Source: Macrostomum lignano | Lineage: Eukaryota | Assembly (NCBI GenBank): GCA_002269645.1 | Contig: NIVC01002400.1 | Location: 1-64,000 of the forward strand | DNA length: 64,000 nt | Reading direction: 5' to 3' | Part shown: positions 36,650 to 49,200 of the stretch, piece after piece | How the letters are laid out: each line of letters starts with the position of its first letter | Numbering within the stretch: the first letter of the stretch is position 1 | Notes under the pieces: model-generated | What the model saw: the letters and a program-made list of their open reading frames with translations, nothing else | Told to the model about the DNA's origin: nothing | Databases searched by the model: none | Program-made: the position numbers and the translations under genes

Positions 36650-38977
36650 ACAGGCGGCGCCGACCAAGAGACAGGGGCGCCCACCAAGTGACAGGGGCAT
36701 CTGCCAAGAGACAGGGGCGCCCACCAAGAGACAGGGCGCAGGGGCGCCCACAAAGAGACAGGGGCGCCCACCAAGAGACAGTGGCGCCCACCAAGAGGCG
36801 GGGGCGCCCACCAAGAGACAGTGGCGCCCACCAAGAGACAGTGGCGCCCACCAAGAGACAGTGGCGCCCACCAAGAGACGGGGGCGCCCACCAAGAGACA
36901 GTGGCGCCCACCAAGAGACGGGGGCGCCCACCAAGAGACGGGGGCGCCCACCAAGAGACAGGGGCGCCCACCAAGAGACAGGGGCGCCCACCAAGAGACA
37001 GGGGCGCCCACCAAGAGACAGGGGCGCCCATCAAGAGACGGGGGCGCCCACCAAGAGACAGTGGCGCCCACCAAGAGACGGGGGCGCCCACCAAGAGACA
37101 GGGGCGCCCACCAAGAGACAGGGGCGCCCACCAAGAGACAGGGGCGCCCACCAAGAGACAGGGGCGCCCATCAAGAGACGGGGGCGCCCACCAAGAGACA
37201 GGGGCGCCCACCAAGAGACAGTGGCGCCCACCAAGAGACAGGGGCGCCCACCAAGAGACAGTGGCGCCCACCAAGAGACAGGGGCGCCCACCAAGTGACA
37301 GGGGCGCCCACCAAGAGACAGGGGCGCCCACCAAGAGACAGGGGCGCCCACCAAGAGACAGGGGCGCCCACCAAGAGACAGGGGCGCCCATCAAGAGACG
37401 GGGGCGCCCACCAAGAGACAGTGGCGCCCACCAAGAGACAGGGGCGCCCACCAAGAGACGGGGGCGCCCACCAAGAGACAGGGGCGCCCACCAAGAGACA
37501 GGGGCGCCCACCAAGAGACAGGAGCGCCCACCAAGAGACAGGGGCGCCCACAAAGAGACAGGGGCGCCCACCAAGAGACAGGGGCGCCCATCAAGAGACG
37601 GGGGCGCCCACCAAGAGACAGGGGCGCCCACCAAGAGACAGGGGCGCCCACCAAGAGACAGGGGCGCCCACCAAGAGACAGGAGCGCCCACCAAGAGACA
37701 GGGGCGCCCACAAAGAGACAGGGGCGCCCACCAAGAGACAGGGCGCCCACCAAGAGACGGGGCGCCCACCAAGAGACAGGGGCGCCCACCAAGAGACAGG
37801 GGCGCCCACCAAGAGACAGGGGCGCCCACCAAGAGACAGGGGCGCCCACCAAGAGACAGGGGCGCCCATCAAGAGACGGGGGCGCCCACCAAGAGACAGT
37901 GGCGCCCACCAAGAGACAGTGGCGCCCACCAAGAGACGGGGGCGCCCACCAAGAGACGGGGGCGCCCACCAAGAGACAGGGGCGCCCACCAAGAGACAAG
38001 GGCGCCCACCAAGAGACAGGGGCGCCCACCAAGAGACGGGGGCGCCCACCAAGAGACGGGTGCGCCCACCAAGAGACAGGGGCGCCCACCAAGAGACAGG
38101 GGCGCCCACCAAGAGACGGGGGCGCCCACCAAGAGACAGGGGCGCCCACCAAGAGACAGTGGCGCCCACCAAGAGACAGTGGCGCCCACCAAGAGACGGG
38201 GGCGCCCACCAAGAGACAGTGACGCCCACCAAGAGACGGGGGCGCCCACCAAGAGACGGGTGCGCCCACCAAGAGATAGGGGCGCCCTCCAAGAGACAGG
38301 GGCGCCCACCAAGAGACAGGGGCGCCCACCAAGAGACAGGGGCGCCCATCAAGAGACGGGGGCGCCCACCAAGAGACAGTGGCGCCCACCAAGAGACGGG
38401 GGCGCCCACCAAGAGACAGGGGCGCCCACCAAGAGACAGGGGCGCCCACCAAGAGACAGGGGCGCCCATCAAGAGACGGGGGCGCCCACCAAGAGACAGG
38501 GGCGCCCACCAAGAGACAGTGGCGCCCACCAAGAGACGGGGGCGCCCACCAAGAGACAGTGGCGCCCACCAAGAGACAGTGGCGCCCACCAAGAGACAGT
38601 GGCGCCCACCAAGAGACAGTGGCGCCCACCAAGAGACGGGGGCGCCCACCAAGAGACAGTGACGCCCACCAAGAGACGGGGGCGCCCACCAAGAGACAGT
38701 GGCGCCCACCAAGAGACAGTGGCGCCCACCAAGAGACAGGGGCGCCCACCAAGAAACGGGGGCGCCCACCAAGAGACAGTGGCGCCCACCAAGAGACGGG
38801 GGCGCCCACCAAGAGACAGTGGCGCCCACCAAGAGACAGTGGCGCCCACCAAGAGACAGTGGCGCCCACCAAGAGACAGGGGCGCCCACCAAGAGACAGG
38901 GGCGCCCACCAAGAGACAGGGGCGCCCACCAAGAGACAGTGGCGCCCACCAAGAGACAGTGGCGCCCACCAAGAGAC
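36650..38977. repeat. 20-bp GC-rich satellite (GGGGCGCCCACCAAGAGACA), about 115 copies
   Basis: Directly visible; accounts for all ORFs between 36535 and 39017. Confidence 0.97.
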
Positions 38978-40589
38978 CAAATATTGGTGCTTTTTAGGGG
39001 TGCCCCTCTTTAAATAAATTTCCTGCTTACAGTCTACAAAATTATTCCAAAAAAATCCTAAGAATATGCAACAAAATTATTATAACGGTCTCAATTGTTA
39101 TTTATGCAGTTAACTTATTTATATTTTCATTTCGTAACCTAATTTACTGCCTATCGAAAGCTTTTTTATTTGTTTTGTTGCAGTCTTGCAAAATTTAAAA
39201 TGCCTATTTAACACAACTTTTTTAAACTTTTATCTGCGTCGTTTTGAGTACTAACTTTTTATATTAGGGGCAAACGTCTTGACCTCTGTTCAAAATATGA
39301 TTTTTAATTGAACAATTTTGCAAAGAAATTGAAATACTTTTACAGCTGAAGTAGCAAATGTCTGTACTTTTGTCAATTGTTTCCTATTTATAACCATTGC
39401 AAATTGCTTTATAGTAATATTGCTACACTGTTCTCAGTTCAAATGAAAATTTGGATCAAGAATTGCGATTTTAAATATCTATTATAAGCCTCTGCAACCT
39501 GCAATGTAGGCGGTAATCATTTCTACATGTGTATACTACTTTCTCAGTAGTTTTTTAGGATATAGTTTTTTATTATCATTTTCATATACGTTTTCATGCT
39601 CTACCTAGCAATAGTACTAAATAGTAGCACATATAATAGCCTAAGCCCAGTAATATTAACCTAGCATATTTTTAGTGTGTGTCTTGTATCAAAATAAAGG
39701 CGTCATAAGGTACCCCCGTACCTCATTTTCTCTTTGATCCTTGCACAGCTAAGTGACAAATGTCAATGATATCCATGTGCGTGCGGAGAGTATACTGTTC
39801 TTTAAAACATTTTTCAAACAATATTTATACATATATTTATACAGAAAACAGATTACGAGAGTAACGCATTTTATTTGTAATGGTAGCATCACGTGTCTTT
39901 AGTTAGGAATTGTCACTGGGAAATATCACTTGAATTGGGATTAATCCATCCAGTTCAACTTACTGGAAAATATCGACAATTCTCCATACCAGATGGAACG
40001 AACTCAGTTCGTGGGCGTCAAATTCTCTAAGCTGCTATAGTTATACTAAAAACATTTTGTGTCACAGAAATGTCAGAAAATGTTTGAAATCATTCCAAGC
40101 AAAACAGCATTTAATTGTGAAATGGATACTTGGATATTTCTAGTAGTATTTGGAGCCTTCTGATCCGAGAGAGAGCAGATCCGAATAAATTTTCCAAGAA
40201 ACGAAGTGTCCCGTCCTTCTTCTTCTAGTGGTCCTTGGGATCGGATCCCAATTCGTTAATCCGGGGTTTGGGCCACAGACACTGGCTGCTCTAGGCCATA
40301 GTCTATGGTCTTAACCCCGGGGTTTTTATCTATAGGTATATGCTGCAGAACTGCTCTCGGCCATAGACAATAAAGGCAAACAAGCAGACAGCTCAAAATT
40401 CCAGGCTGCAGTATTCTACAGACTGTTGTTTAAGGCTCTGCTCTCTAGCTGCTTTTAAGTACAATCAAGTAGAGAATTTCAAAGCCAGTATTCCGACCAC
40501 AAAATTTTTATTTCTACACTTGATGCAGATTGTTAGTGAAATTATCCATTTGATTGACTTTTAATCGACTTGATTATTAGTTTATTGAC

Positions 40590-40762
40590 AATGGCCGAGT
40601 TTTGTCGAGTTTGGCCGAGTTTGGCCGAGTGTGGCCGAATGTGGCCGAGTGTGGCCGAGTGTGGCCGAGTGTGGCTGAGTTTGGCCAAGTGTGGCCGGGT
40701 GTGGCCAAGTTTAGCCGAGTGGGGCCAAGTGTGGCCGGGTGTGGACGAGTGTGGCCGAGTGT
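40590..40762. repeat. 10-bp repeat (TGGCCGAGTG)
   Basis: Directly visible. Confidence 0.9.
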
Positions 40763-41027
40763 CCTACTGCAGACAATGCAGATTCTCGACTTGATCGGTT
40801 TGATTATCAACTTTAACTCATTAAATAAGTTTCTATAATGTCTATATAATGACCTATTGTGAAAGTATTTTTCATGCATGTGACATCACTGAATGACGAT
40901 GGCATGATTTGACAGATTCCTATCACAGAGGAATGAATGCTTTTTTGCCAATACTTTCCTAGAATTAATTAATAATTATAAGCAGTTAATTTAATGCCCA
41001 CACTTAGGCGACCGGAACTATGCAAAT

Positions 41028-42197
41028 TTATCCAGCTTCCTGATTGAGCTGAATCTCCATCACTCCTCGACGTAGTTCCTCTTCGAGCGAGTCGATCAGC
41101 TGCTGGTCTCTGGCAATCTCGTCGCGGATTTTGTCCATCTCTTTGTTCTTCTTCAGGCACTCCTTCTCAGCAAGTTGGCAGCGTTGCTCGGTCTCAGCAA
41201 AAATCTGCTCGAGCCGATGGGCCTCCTGGTCGAGTTCGTCCTCCCGTTCCAGGGCAGCGCGTTCCTGCTGTTCCAACGATCTCAGCTGCTGGATGCTAGC
41301 GGAGTTCTCCGACTCCAAATCTGCTGCTTCGGTCTCGGCTGTGGATGCCAACTCGAGGGCGCGATCCAGGGCGCTCTCGGCGGCTCTGAGCTTGCGCGTC
41401 CACTCGTCAATGCTGCGTTGGATTTCTTCGGCTCGACTGCGCGACTCTTTCAAGCGTTTGGTCAACTCCTCCTGGCGTTCTTCGCGTTCGACGCCGGACT
41501 TCTCCGTGTCGAGGCGCAGCCGTTCTGCAGTTTCGGCTCTGGCCGACTCTTCAACGAGGCGGCTCTCGATGGTTGCCAAACGGTCCTCAGCAGCCGCTTT
41601 GTCCGACTCCAGCTTCGTTAGCCGACGCTGCAACTCGTCGACATCGGATTGATATGCGGCGGACTTCTGGCGCTCCTCCTGTGGTGAGGAAATCAAAGTT
41701 GGGAGATTGTGATAAACGAAAATTTGTGAAAAATGGAAAAGCACGAAAGTGCACGAAAATTGGTTAGCGGGGGTTGTCCTGCGGTTTTCGCAGCCATCAG
41801 CTCCAACCTCTACGGCACAGACGAGTTGAAAGCGGTCATGGGGTGCACTGGAAGATACATTAGAAGATAAATTAGGCAATACATTAGAAGATGCGTAGAG
41901 AGATTCATTAGGAGATGCGTTAGGAGATGCGTAAGGAGACGCGTTAGGAATGTACATTAGGAGATGCATTAGGATGTGCATTAGGAGATGTATTAGAAGA
42001 TGCAATAAAGATGCATTAGCAGCTAAATGTAAATTATGAGATGCCTTGGAGATTGAGAAAAGCGAACGAGATGCTCAAATCTAACTCACCTTTAACTTTG
42101 CTTTTTTCTCGTCCAGCTCGTCATTTTTCTGATCGAGTTCAGTTCTCATTGCTTGCACCTTTTTCTTCAGCTGCTCCAGTCCTTCAAAGGCCGACAT
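41028..42197 (-). CDS. Tropomyosin-like coiled-coil protein, 2 exons, 252 aa
   Basis: Exon 1 42197-42090 (MSAFEGLEQLKKKVQAMRTELDQK...LK|gtgagt); exon 2 41678-41028 (cag|EERQKSAAYQSDVDELQRRL...); phase 0. Length and heptad pattern match short tropomyosins (LE..KKK.Q, V..L.RR, AE.AE, RALE). Confidence 0.72.
41870..42020. repeat. Degenerate 12-bp repeat (TGCATTAGGAGA) in the tropomyosin-like intron
   Basis: Directly visible. Confidence 0.8.
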
Positions 42198-43099
42198 GTT
42201 TAGTTATTGACTTCTAAAACAGCTCTAAAACTTTAAGCAAGTATGATAAAAATATTCTAAACTGTTATTAAACTTAGTTCGACATGCTTCAAAGCTTACT
42301 GGCCTTTGTCAATGGCAAATAAAATTGCTTTGACTGCAAGATGAACTTAGCTGTCTTCTAATATACTAGTAACTGTTAGCTGTGTATCTTCTTAACCAGC
42401 TTAAAAACCTTTTAATTTATTGTGGCCAAAACTCGTGGTAAAACAAAAAAATCTGCAACTCTTCACACAGCTCAAGCGGTATAGGTTCGCTGCCAGCCCA
42501 CACAGCAACCCTGCATTTTTCTGTCTGTCTAGCAAAGTCTCCCCTCTTCATTCATTCATTCATTCAGTCTCGTTCGTCTCTTTCTACTCCAGTATTTCGG
42601 CTGCGTGCACGCACAAGTCGAGCATTTTGTAAAAACTTATCCGCCTTCTTGGGTGGGGCAGTCTTCAGTGTACACTTCGGTACGAGTATACAATGTACAT
42701 TCATACAGCGTGATGTACATTCATAATTTCTAGCCTTTCTCCAAGCTTCACGAGGTTGGGTGTTCTCCATTTCGGCAATACAAATTATTTGTATACCATG
42801 ATACTCACAACTCACAAACACTCTGAGTTTTGAGCTCGGAATGCATTTCTTATTTAAGAAAGAATGCATTGTAACGTAGCAATTCGTCACTGTCCTTCGT
42901 TATATTGTCATTCATTTGTTTTATTTATCCAACCTCGCTAAAATTCTTTCAAAACTTTAAAGCTGGCTCAGCAACATTGCACACCGGCAGGGCACCCTAG
43001 CTAAAGGACACTAGATACAGAAGAGATTATAAGATACAGTTGCGTTGGGACGTCTTCGCAAGCTCGAAACTTCAAATCGTCGAAGTCATTCATAAGCTC

Positions 43100-43156
43100 G
43101 AGAATTTCTGCCAGCTCGTCCACTACCTAAAAGGCTACAAGGGCGAGCGAACATCC
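43100..43156 (+). mobile_element. Left part of an older, 5'-truncated LINE 3' end (ORF2 C-terminus)
   Basis: Reads ENFCQLVHYLKGYKGER, aligning with ENLCQL...GER of the copy at about 58180-58230 (- strand). Confidence 0.6.
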
Positions 43157-45196
43157 TTGGCTTAGCTGCAGGGGGCTCCGTGCGTCCGGAAACAGCGAGG
43201 AGGCGTTGCCGCCCATTTCGCTAACCCCTGGCGACCACGGGCAGCTGGTGCTGCGGTGTCGCGCAGGGAGATCCGGTGGTGCCGGTGTCCGCAGCGCGGT
43301 CCCCCTCCGGAGGGTGCAGGAGGTGGACTGTTTGGTTTCTCCATGGCAACGGGTTTGCCATAGAAGGAGAGCGGTTCGATCCTCCAGTTTCGGTGGCTGG
43401 TGAACATGATAGCCACGGTTTTAGACTCAGAGAACCTGAGACCGCAGCTATGTGCCCAGCGCTCGGCACAGTGGATGAAGGCTTGAAGGAGGTCCCTGAG
43501 GACCGTGGGTGATGGTCCAGCCACAGTGGCGGTAACATCGTCCGCATAGCCGACCTTCTGAACTGGTTCCGGATGCGGGCTGCAAAGCAGCTCGTCCATG
43601 ACTAAATTCCAGAGGATCGGGCTGATCCGAGGGACATGTCCGGGTAGCGGAGCATCCAGCTATCCGACAGTCCGAGAATAGCCGTGAAATTGTCTCCGCC
43701 CGGCTTGGAGATGGTCTCGTGAACTACGACGCTATTAGCCGGCAGCTCCGGGTTGGTAGCCGCTAGCAGGCGACGCAGCTCGTCGGCCTTGGTGATGGAA
43801 CTGCGAGCCGGAATCCAGGCACGGTGCCGGTGTGTCCGGGGTCGCTCGTCCTCCCTGTAGATAAACAGATTTTCCAGCTCCGTACCCCAGTCGAAGGTTT
43901 TCAGCATCTCGAGGAGCTGCTGCCCAGACTGGCTGTCGGCGGGCTGGATATGGAGGGCTTGGTCCTCGACTTTCGTCTTTTGGACTTGAATAGCGGTAAC
44001 GCTCAAGGCCATCTTGACCAGGTGGGAGTCCAGCCTGCGCCAGATTTGGTCGAGCTGTTCGGCCGTAAGAGGCGTCTCCTGGCCTTGAATGATCAGGACC
44101 GGCTGCCTCTTGGCCATAGCCGCATAGGTGCGCTTCGGCTTAGTGGTTTGGCCAGCGCCCCTCGCTTTGGATCCCTCCGCGGCCGTGGGAGTTTCCACAC
44201 GGGCAGAGGTCCCGCCACGGGAGGGGCCAGCCGCACCAGGAGCTTCGGCGGCACCTGACGCATCAGACCGGCGCGCGGGGTCCACCCCCTTGTCGGATGT
44301 CGGCTCCTCCGCGGGATTCGCAGAGTTACCGGCACCCTCCTCAGAGGTGGCCGGAGGGGCGGCTTTCGCACTCCTCCGTTCCTCCACTTTGCGCTGGAGA
44401 AAAGCCTTGTTGGAGCAATGCTACGGGCCTTCTTTTTAGAGATCTGAGGTCCGCTATCCTGTTGTCCAGCCACTCCGACATTGTCCTGAGCGGCGGCAGG
44501 GGCTGACTGGGAGGCAACGGGGGTTCCAGTGTTGCGAATGTCCGGCTGGGCCGCGGTACCAACCTCGGTTGGTGCTCCAGCAGCCTCGGACGTGTCGGAG
44601 GTAAAAGAATACTCCATGAGTCGCTGAAAGGCGAATGGGGACTAAAGGTGAGAAGCTGCTGGGCCGTAACCCCAAACCCAACAGCCAAGCCAAGAGGTAG
44701 CGACCGGGGGGTGGCTTAAGCCCTTACCGGCCCGACCGCTAGCAACCCGGCTTGGAAAAACCAGAGGCCGAACCAAAGGACCATCAGCACGGTACTACAC
44801 TGGGCCCTTGAGGGAAGCAGGAGGACTGCCTCCGGAGCCTGCGGACTGACCGCATACCCTGTTAAGGTCAGAGGGTGGTACCTGTTCCTCAGAGCCGTGG
44901 CCAGAGGTACCTGATACGCACAGGTTCACTTCCGGGCGGAGCCCGTACCCAACTTGGCCAAAAGGCCACGGATGGGTTGCCGCCGCCGGAGCCCAGTCAG
45001 TCCAGCAGCCCTAGAGCTGCCTTGAACACATGCGGGGCGCGAACCCCTGGGTCGGCTTGCGAGTCAGCTTGGAGAGAGTTCTCCTGCCATTCCTGCACCA
45101 GAATAGAGGGGGTGCAGGTGTGTAGGATCGCAGACCTTAGCTTGTAGGCCTGGTCTGCCTCATGCTACACAGGCGTGCTGAACCCACCTTGCATGC
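43157..45196 (-). mobile_element. Internally deleted non-LTR retrotransposon (LOA/R1-like): 5' UTR, frameshifted ORF1, RT fragment, 3' module
   Basis: ORF1 is gag-like with a low-complexity N-terminus and a DUF4780-like region; RT ISPILWNLVMDELL...YADD...GLRFSESKT; flanked by CGAGCGAACATCC and CGAGCGACCATCC (12/13 TSD). Confidence 0.85.
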
Positions 45197-45357
45197 CGAG
45201 CGACCATCCACCTCCTGGACTCTCCGGAGGAGGACCGGCACCGCCATGTCCGCGGTTGCCAGAGGGTTAGTGGAATGAGCGTCAACACCTCCGTTACAAA
45301 GCATCTGGGAAATGTCAGTACAAAAAACTGCACGGATGATAAATTTAAGTAAAAAAT
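45197..45357 (+). mobile_element. Right part of the older LINE 3' end
   Basis: GAGCGACCATCCACCTCCTGGACTCTCCG is identical to the reverse complement at about 58155-58183; the downstream part is diverged but alignable. Confidence 0.65.
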
Positions 45358-45642
45358 GCATTAACTATTCGAGCGTAACTATAGAATTTTCTTGACACTC
45401 TACTTACAGTAAATCTTGCACAATGTTAAGCGTATAAAATTAATTATAACTATGAATAACCGTCATTTCGATTCTCTAATGATCGAAGAAATCAACGGAA
45501 AAATAAATATGAAAATAATGAAAATGCATCCAAAACTTTACTGATAAAACAAAAGTAAAAAGTAAAACTTGACTTTTTTGGTTGACTTAAAGCGATCATG
45601 GTTTCGACCATAGACAATAAATGACTCCACAAATCCAAGCCT

Positions 45643-45819
45643 GAGTTCTATAATTAGCAACTTGGAGTGGAAACGTCTTTCAGTTTTACCTCATGAGGCT
45701 AGACTAGCATAGGCAGAGTCAGACAAAGCCATGGATTCAGTGCTAGCCTTATCTTTTCAATTGGCGTGGCCTCAAGAGGTAAAATTCGCTTCCGCTCCAG
45801 GTTGCTAATTATAGAACTC
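45643..45819. mobile_element. Possible small MITE, about 177 bp
   Basis: 33-bp imperfect inverted repeats: GAGTTCTATAATTAGCAACTTGGAGTGGAAACG versus CGCTTCCGCTCCAGGTTGCTAATTATAGAACTC (3 mismatches); no clear TSD. Confidence 0.5.
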
Positions 45820-46215
45820 CTTGCACAAAACTTTCCAATCGATTATTGAATTCCTTGCTCGCACTTTCTAATAGCTTGAAAAATGCTATGATTCATAATT
45901 AGTCACTACGCGACACTTTAATACAACAGATTTCGAACTAAGATAGTATAGTAGCACTCGGATACGGAGTCTGTAAACTTCATTCTTTGGCATCGTCTGC
46001 ACATCGTCGCCTCTCATCTGCTCTCTTGTTCTGCTGCATGAAATCCAAATTGATGTACATTTGTTGCCGCAGTGCTTAACAGCTGCTTATAAATTTGCTT
46101 GCTCTTTTCTTTCGGGTCTTTTATCTCAAACTCTTAAACAGTTCAACTAAAACCGTCATAGCAGCCACTGTAGTTTTCACGTGCAGCGATCGACAAACAA
46201 TAGAGCTATATAAAC

Positions 46216-49200
46216 ATGGCATCGGATAGAGCACCAAAAGTTCACGCCAAGATGCAGGAGCTTGATCGCATTAGATCGCGTAAGTTTGTCACAGATATTT
46301 CAACTAATTAGCGCTGCTGTGGTAAAACAGTCGGGTGACGTTTCGCATGGCAACAGAACTATAAAAGTACTATTTTCTGAAGGTGCAGTAACGTGCATTC
46401 CCTGACATCGGATCTGACACTCATCTGACACCGGGTTTGACACTCATCTGACACCGGATTTGACACTCATCTGACATCGGGTCTACACTCATTTGACACT
46501 GGATTTGACACTCACATTGGATTTGACACTCATCTGACACCGGATTTGACACTCATCTGACACAGGATTTGACACTCATCTGACACCGGATTTGACACTC
46601 ATCTGACACCGGATTTGACACGATCATCTGACACCGAATTTGACACTCATCTGACACCGGATTTGACACTCATCTGACACCGGATTTGACACTCATCTGA
46701 CACCGGATTTGACACTCATCTGACACCGGATTTGACACTCATCTGACACCGAATTTGACACTCATCTGACATCGGATTTGACACTTATCTGACACCGGAT
46801 TTGACACTCATCTGACACTGGATTTGACACTCATCTGACACCGAATTTGACACTCATCTGACACCGGATTTGACACTCATCTGACACTGGATTTGACACT
46901 CATCTGACACCGGATTTGACACTCATCTGACACTGGATTTGGCACTCATCTGACACTGGATTTGACACTCATCTGACACCGGATTTGACACTCATCTGAC
47001 ACCGGATTTGACACTCATCTGACACCGGATTTGACACTCATCTGACACCGAATTTGACACTCATCTGACACCGGATTTGACACTCATCTGACACCGGATT
47101 TGACACTCATCTGACACCGGATTTGACACTCATCTGACACCGAATTTGACACTCATCTGACATCGGATTTGACACTCATCTGACACCGGATTTGACACTC
47201 ATCTGACACCGGATTTGACACTCATCTGACACCGAATTTGACACTCATCTGACACCGAATTTGACACTCATCTGACATCGGATTTGACACTTATCTGACA
47301 CTGGATTTGACACTCATCTGACACGGGATTGGCCATTCATCTGACACCGGATTTAACACTCATCTGACACCGGATTTGACACTTATCTGACACAGGATTT
47401 GACACTCATCTGACACCGGATTTGACACTCATCTGACACCGGATTTGACACTCATCTGACACCGAATTTGACACTCATCTGACATCGGATTTGACACTCA
47501 TCTGACACTGGATTTGACACTCATCTGACACCGGATTTGACACTCATCTGACACCGGATTTAACACTCATCTGACACTGGATTTGACACTCATCTGACAT
47601 CGGATTTGACACTCATCTGACACCGGATTTGACACTCACATTGGATTTGACACTCACATTGGATTTGACACTCATCTGACACCGGATTTGACACTCATCT
47701 GACACTGGATTTGACACTCATCTGACACTGGATTTGACACTCACATTGGATTTGACACTCATCTGACACCGGATTTGACACTCATCTGACACTGGATTTG
47801 ACACTCACATTGGATTTGACACTCATCTGACACCGGATTTGACACTCCCCTGACACAGGATTTGACACTCATCTGACACCGGATTTGACACTCCCTTGAC
47901 ACTGAAGTCGACATTCCTTTGACATGACATCCCATTCATCATTAGGACAAACAATTCACTGCTTGCTTGCATCCAACTGAGCACTGGCTGTCACCAAATC
48001 CGACACTTGCCCGTACCAATTTTCATTACTCCTGGCACCCTAACATCCAAGTGCAACTTGCTGAGGTACTGCAATTCAAAGCGACTTCTCCTTGCCCCCA
48101 CAGGAACCAGACGCATTCGAAACGAATTCTTTGAAAGCCAAAGCGAGCCAGCTGCCCGCACCGACCCGGCCAGTGGAGCCATCAGTCATCGGCCGCGACG
48201 CTTTCTAAGACCGTCGCACATCCAGCAGCCAGATCCGTGCCTCGACGATTTGAAATATTACACCGAGGTGACAATTCGACCGCCGAAAAGTGAATTCAAA
48301 TTCAACGCGTTGAATCGAAACAACGTGCTGGCGCCGCACTGGAATTCGCCAAGGCCCGACACGGCCCAGTATAGGACTTCTCAGCTTGGCGACTGGGAAG
48401 CTGTGGTGCTCAAGTGAGTCGTCTATACAGATTCTTAAAGTGCTTATTAGGTAGAGCGACGCTCTGATGTGCCTGATGTGGCTCGATTCCAAGTGCAGTC
48501 ACATTAATTTGGGGCTAAATTGGAATCCGGCTTGGCTCTGCTCGTGCAATTAACGCCTTTGATTTCAATCTCCAAGGCACAGGGAAGTGTACATGACTAA
48601 CGATATATATGAAGTTTAGGCCGCCTGTGCGTATGACTGCGTACGTATCCTTGCGCTTGTGTGCCTGCTCAGGGGAGTCGGCGGAATGGGCAGTATAAAT
48701 GCCTCTTGCAGGTTGTGTGACAATGTCGCTTCAAGTGCACCAGGTGCACACTGCAGCCCCTGCCTCTAATAAATAAAAAAGTACTTAATTACGCACAAAT
48801 TCAAGGGCTCAAGGGCCCGTGCAGCAATCCGACGTTTGACCTGTCGATGAAATTTGAAAATTAATATTTTCGTTATCGAGTAGCACACTAATTAAAGCTG
48901 TTGATCAAGAGTTATTGAGAGTTATATATCCGCCCCGAGGCTGTATACTGGTAGGCTTCACCGAGTTGCTACCTTCATATTCTAAGCTAAGCACTGAACA
49001 AACTGTACATGATCTGCATATACCCATTTCGAGTTTAGACATACACGGTAGTTGGCTGCATACTATGTCTGACAATTAGCAGTTCAGGGCCGCTGTACAC
49101 CCTGTGTGAGCGTGTGTCTGAGTGCAGTGCCTGCGTACAGTACTGGCGCGCTTGTACATGAACATGCTCAGGAATCAGTGGAATGGCAGTCCTAAATTCC

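Noticed and set aside
36535-39017. Long ORFs with AT-hook-like KRRGRPPR repeats
   Set aside because: A 20-bp unit gives the same peptide in all frames, there is no ATG start or splice support, and frame slips are tolerated.
43160-43330. HDV-like ribozyme in the LINE terminal module
   Set aside because: The L3-like string is present, but P3 and P1.1 pairings fail on both strands by manual folding.
46400-47905. Regular 23-46-bp repeats that might suggest CRISPR arrays (also 16795-17555, 59310-59940)
   Set aside because: Head-to-tail units with no unique spacers, no cas genes, and a eukaryotic intron context.
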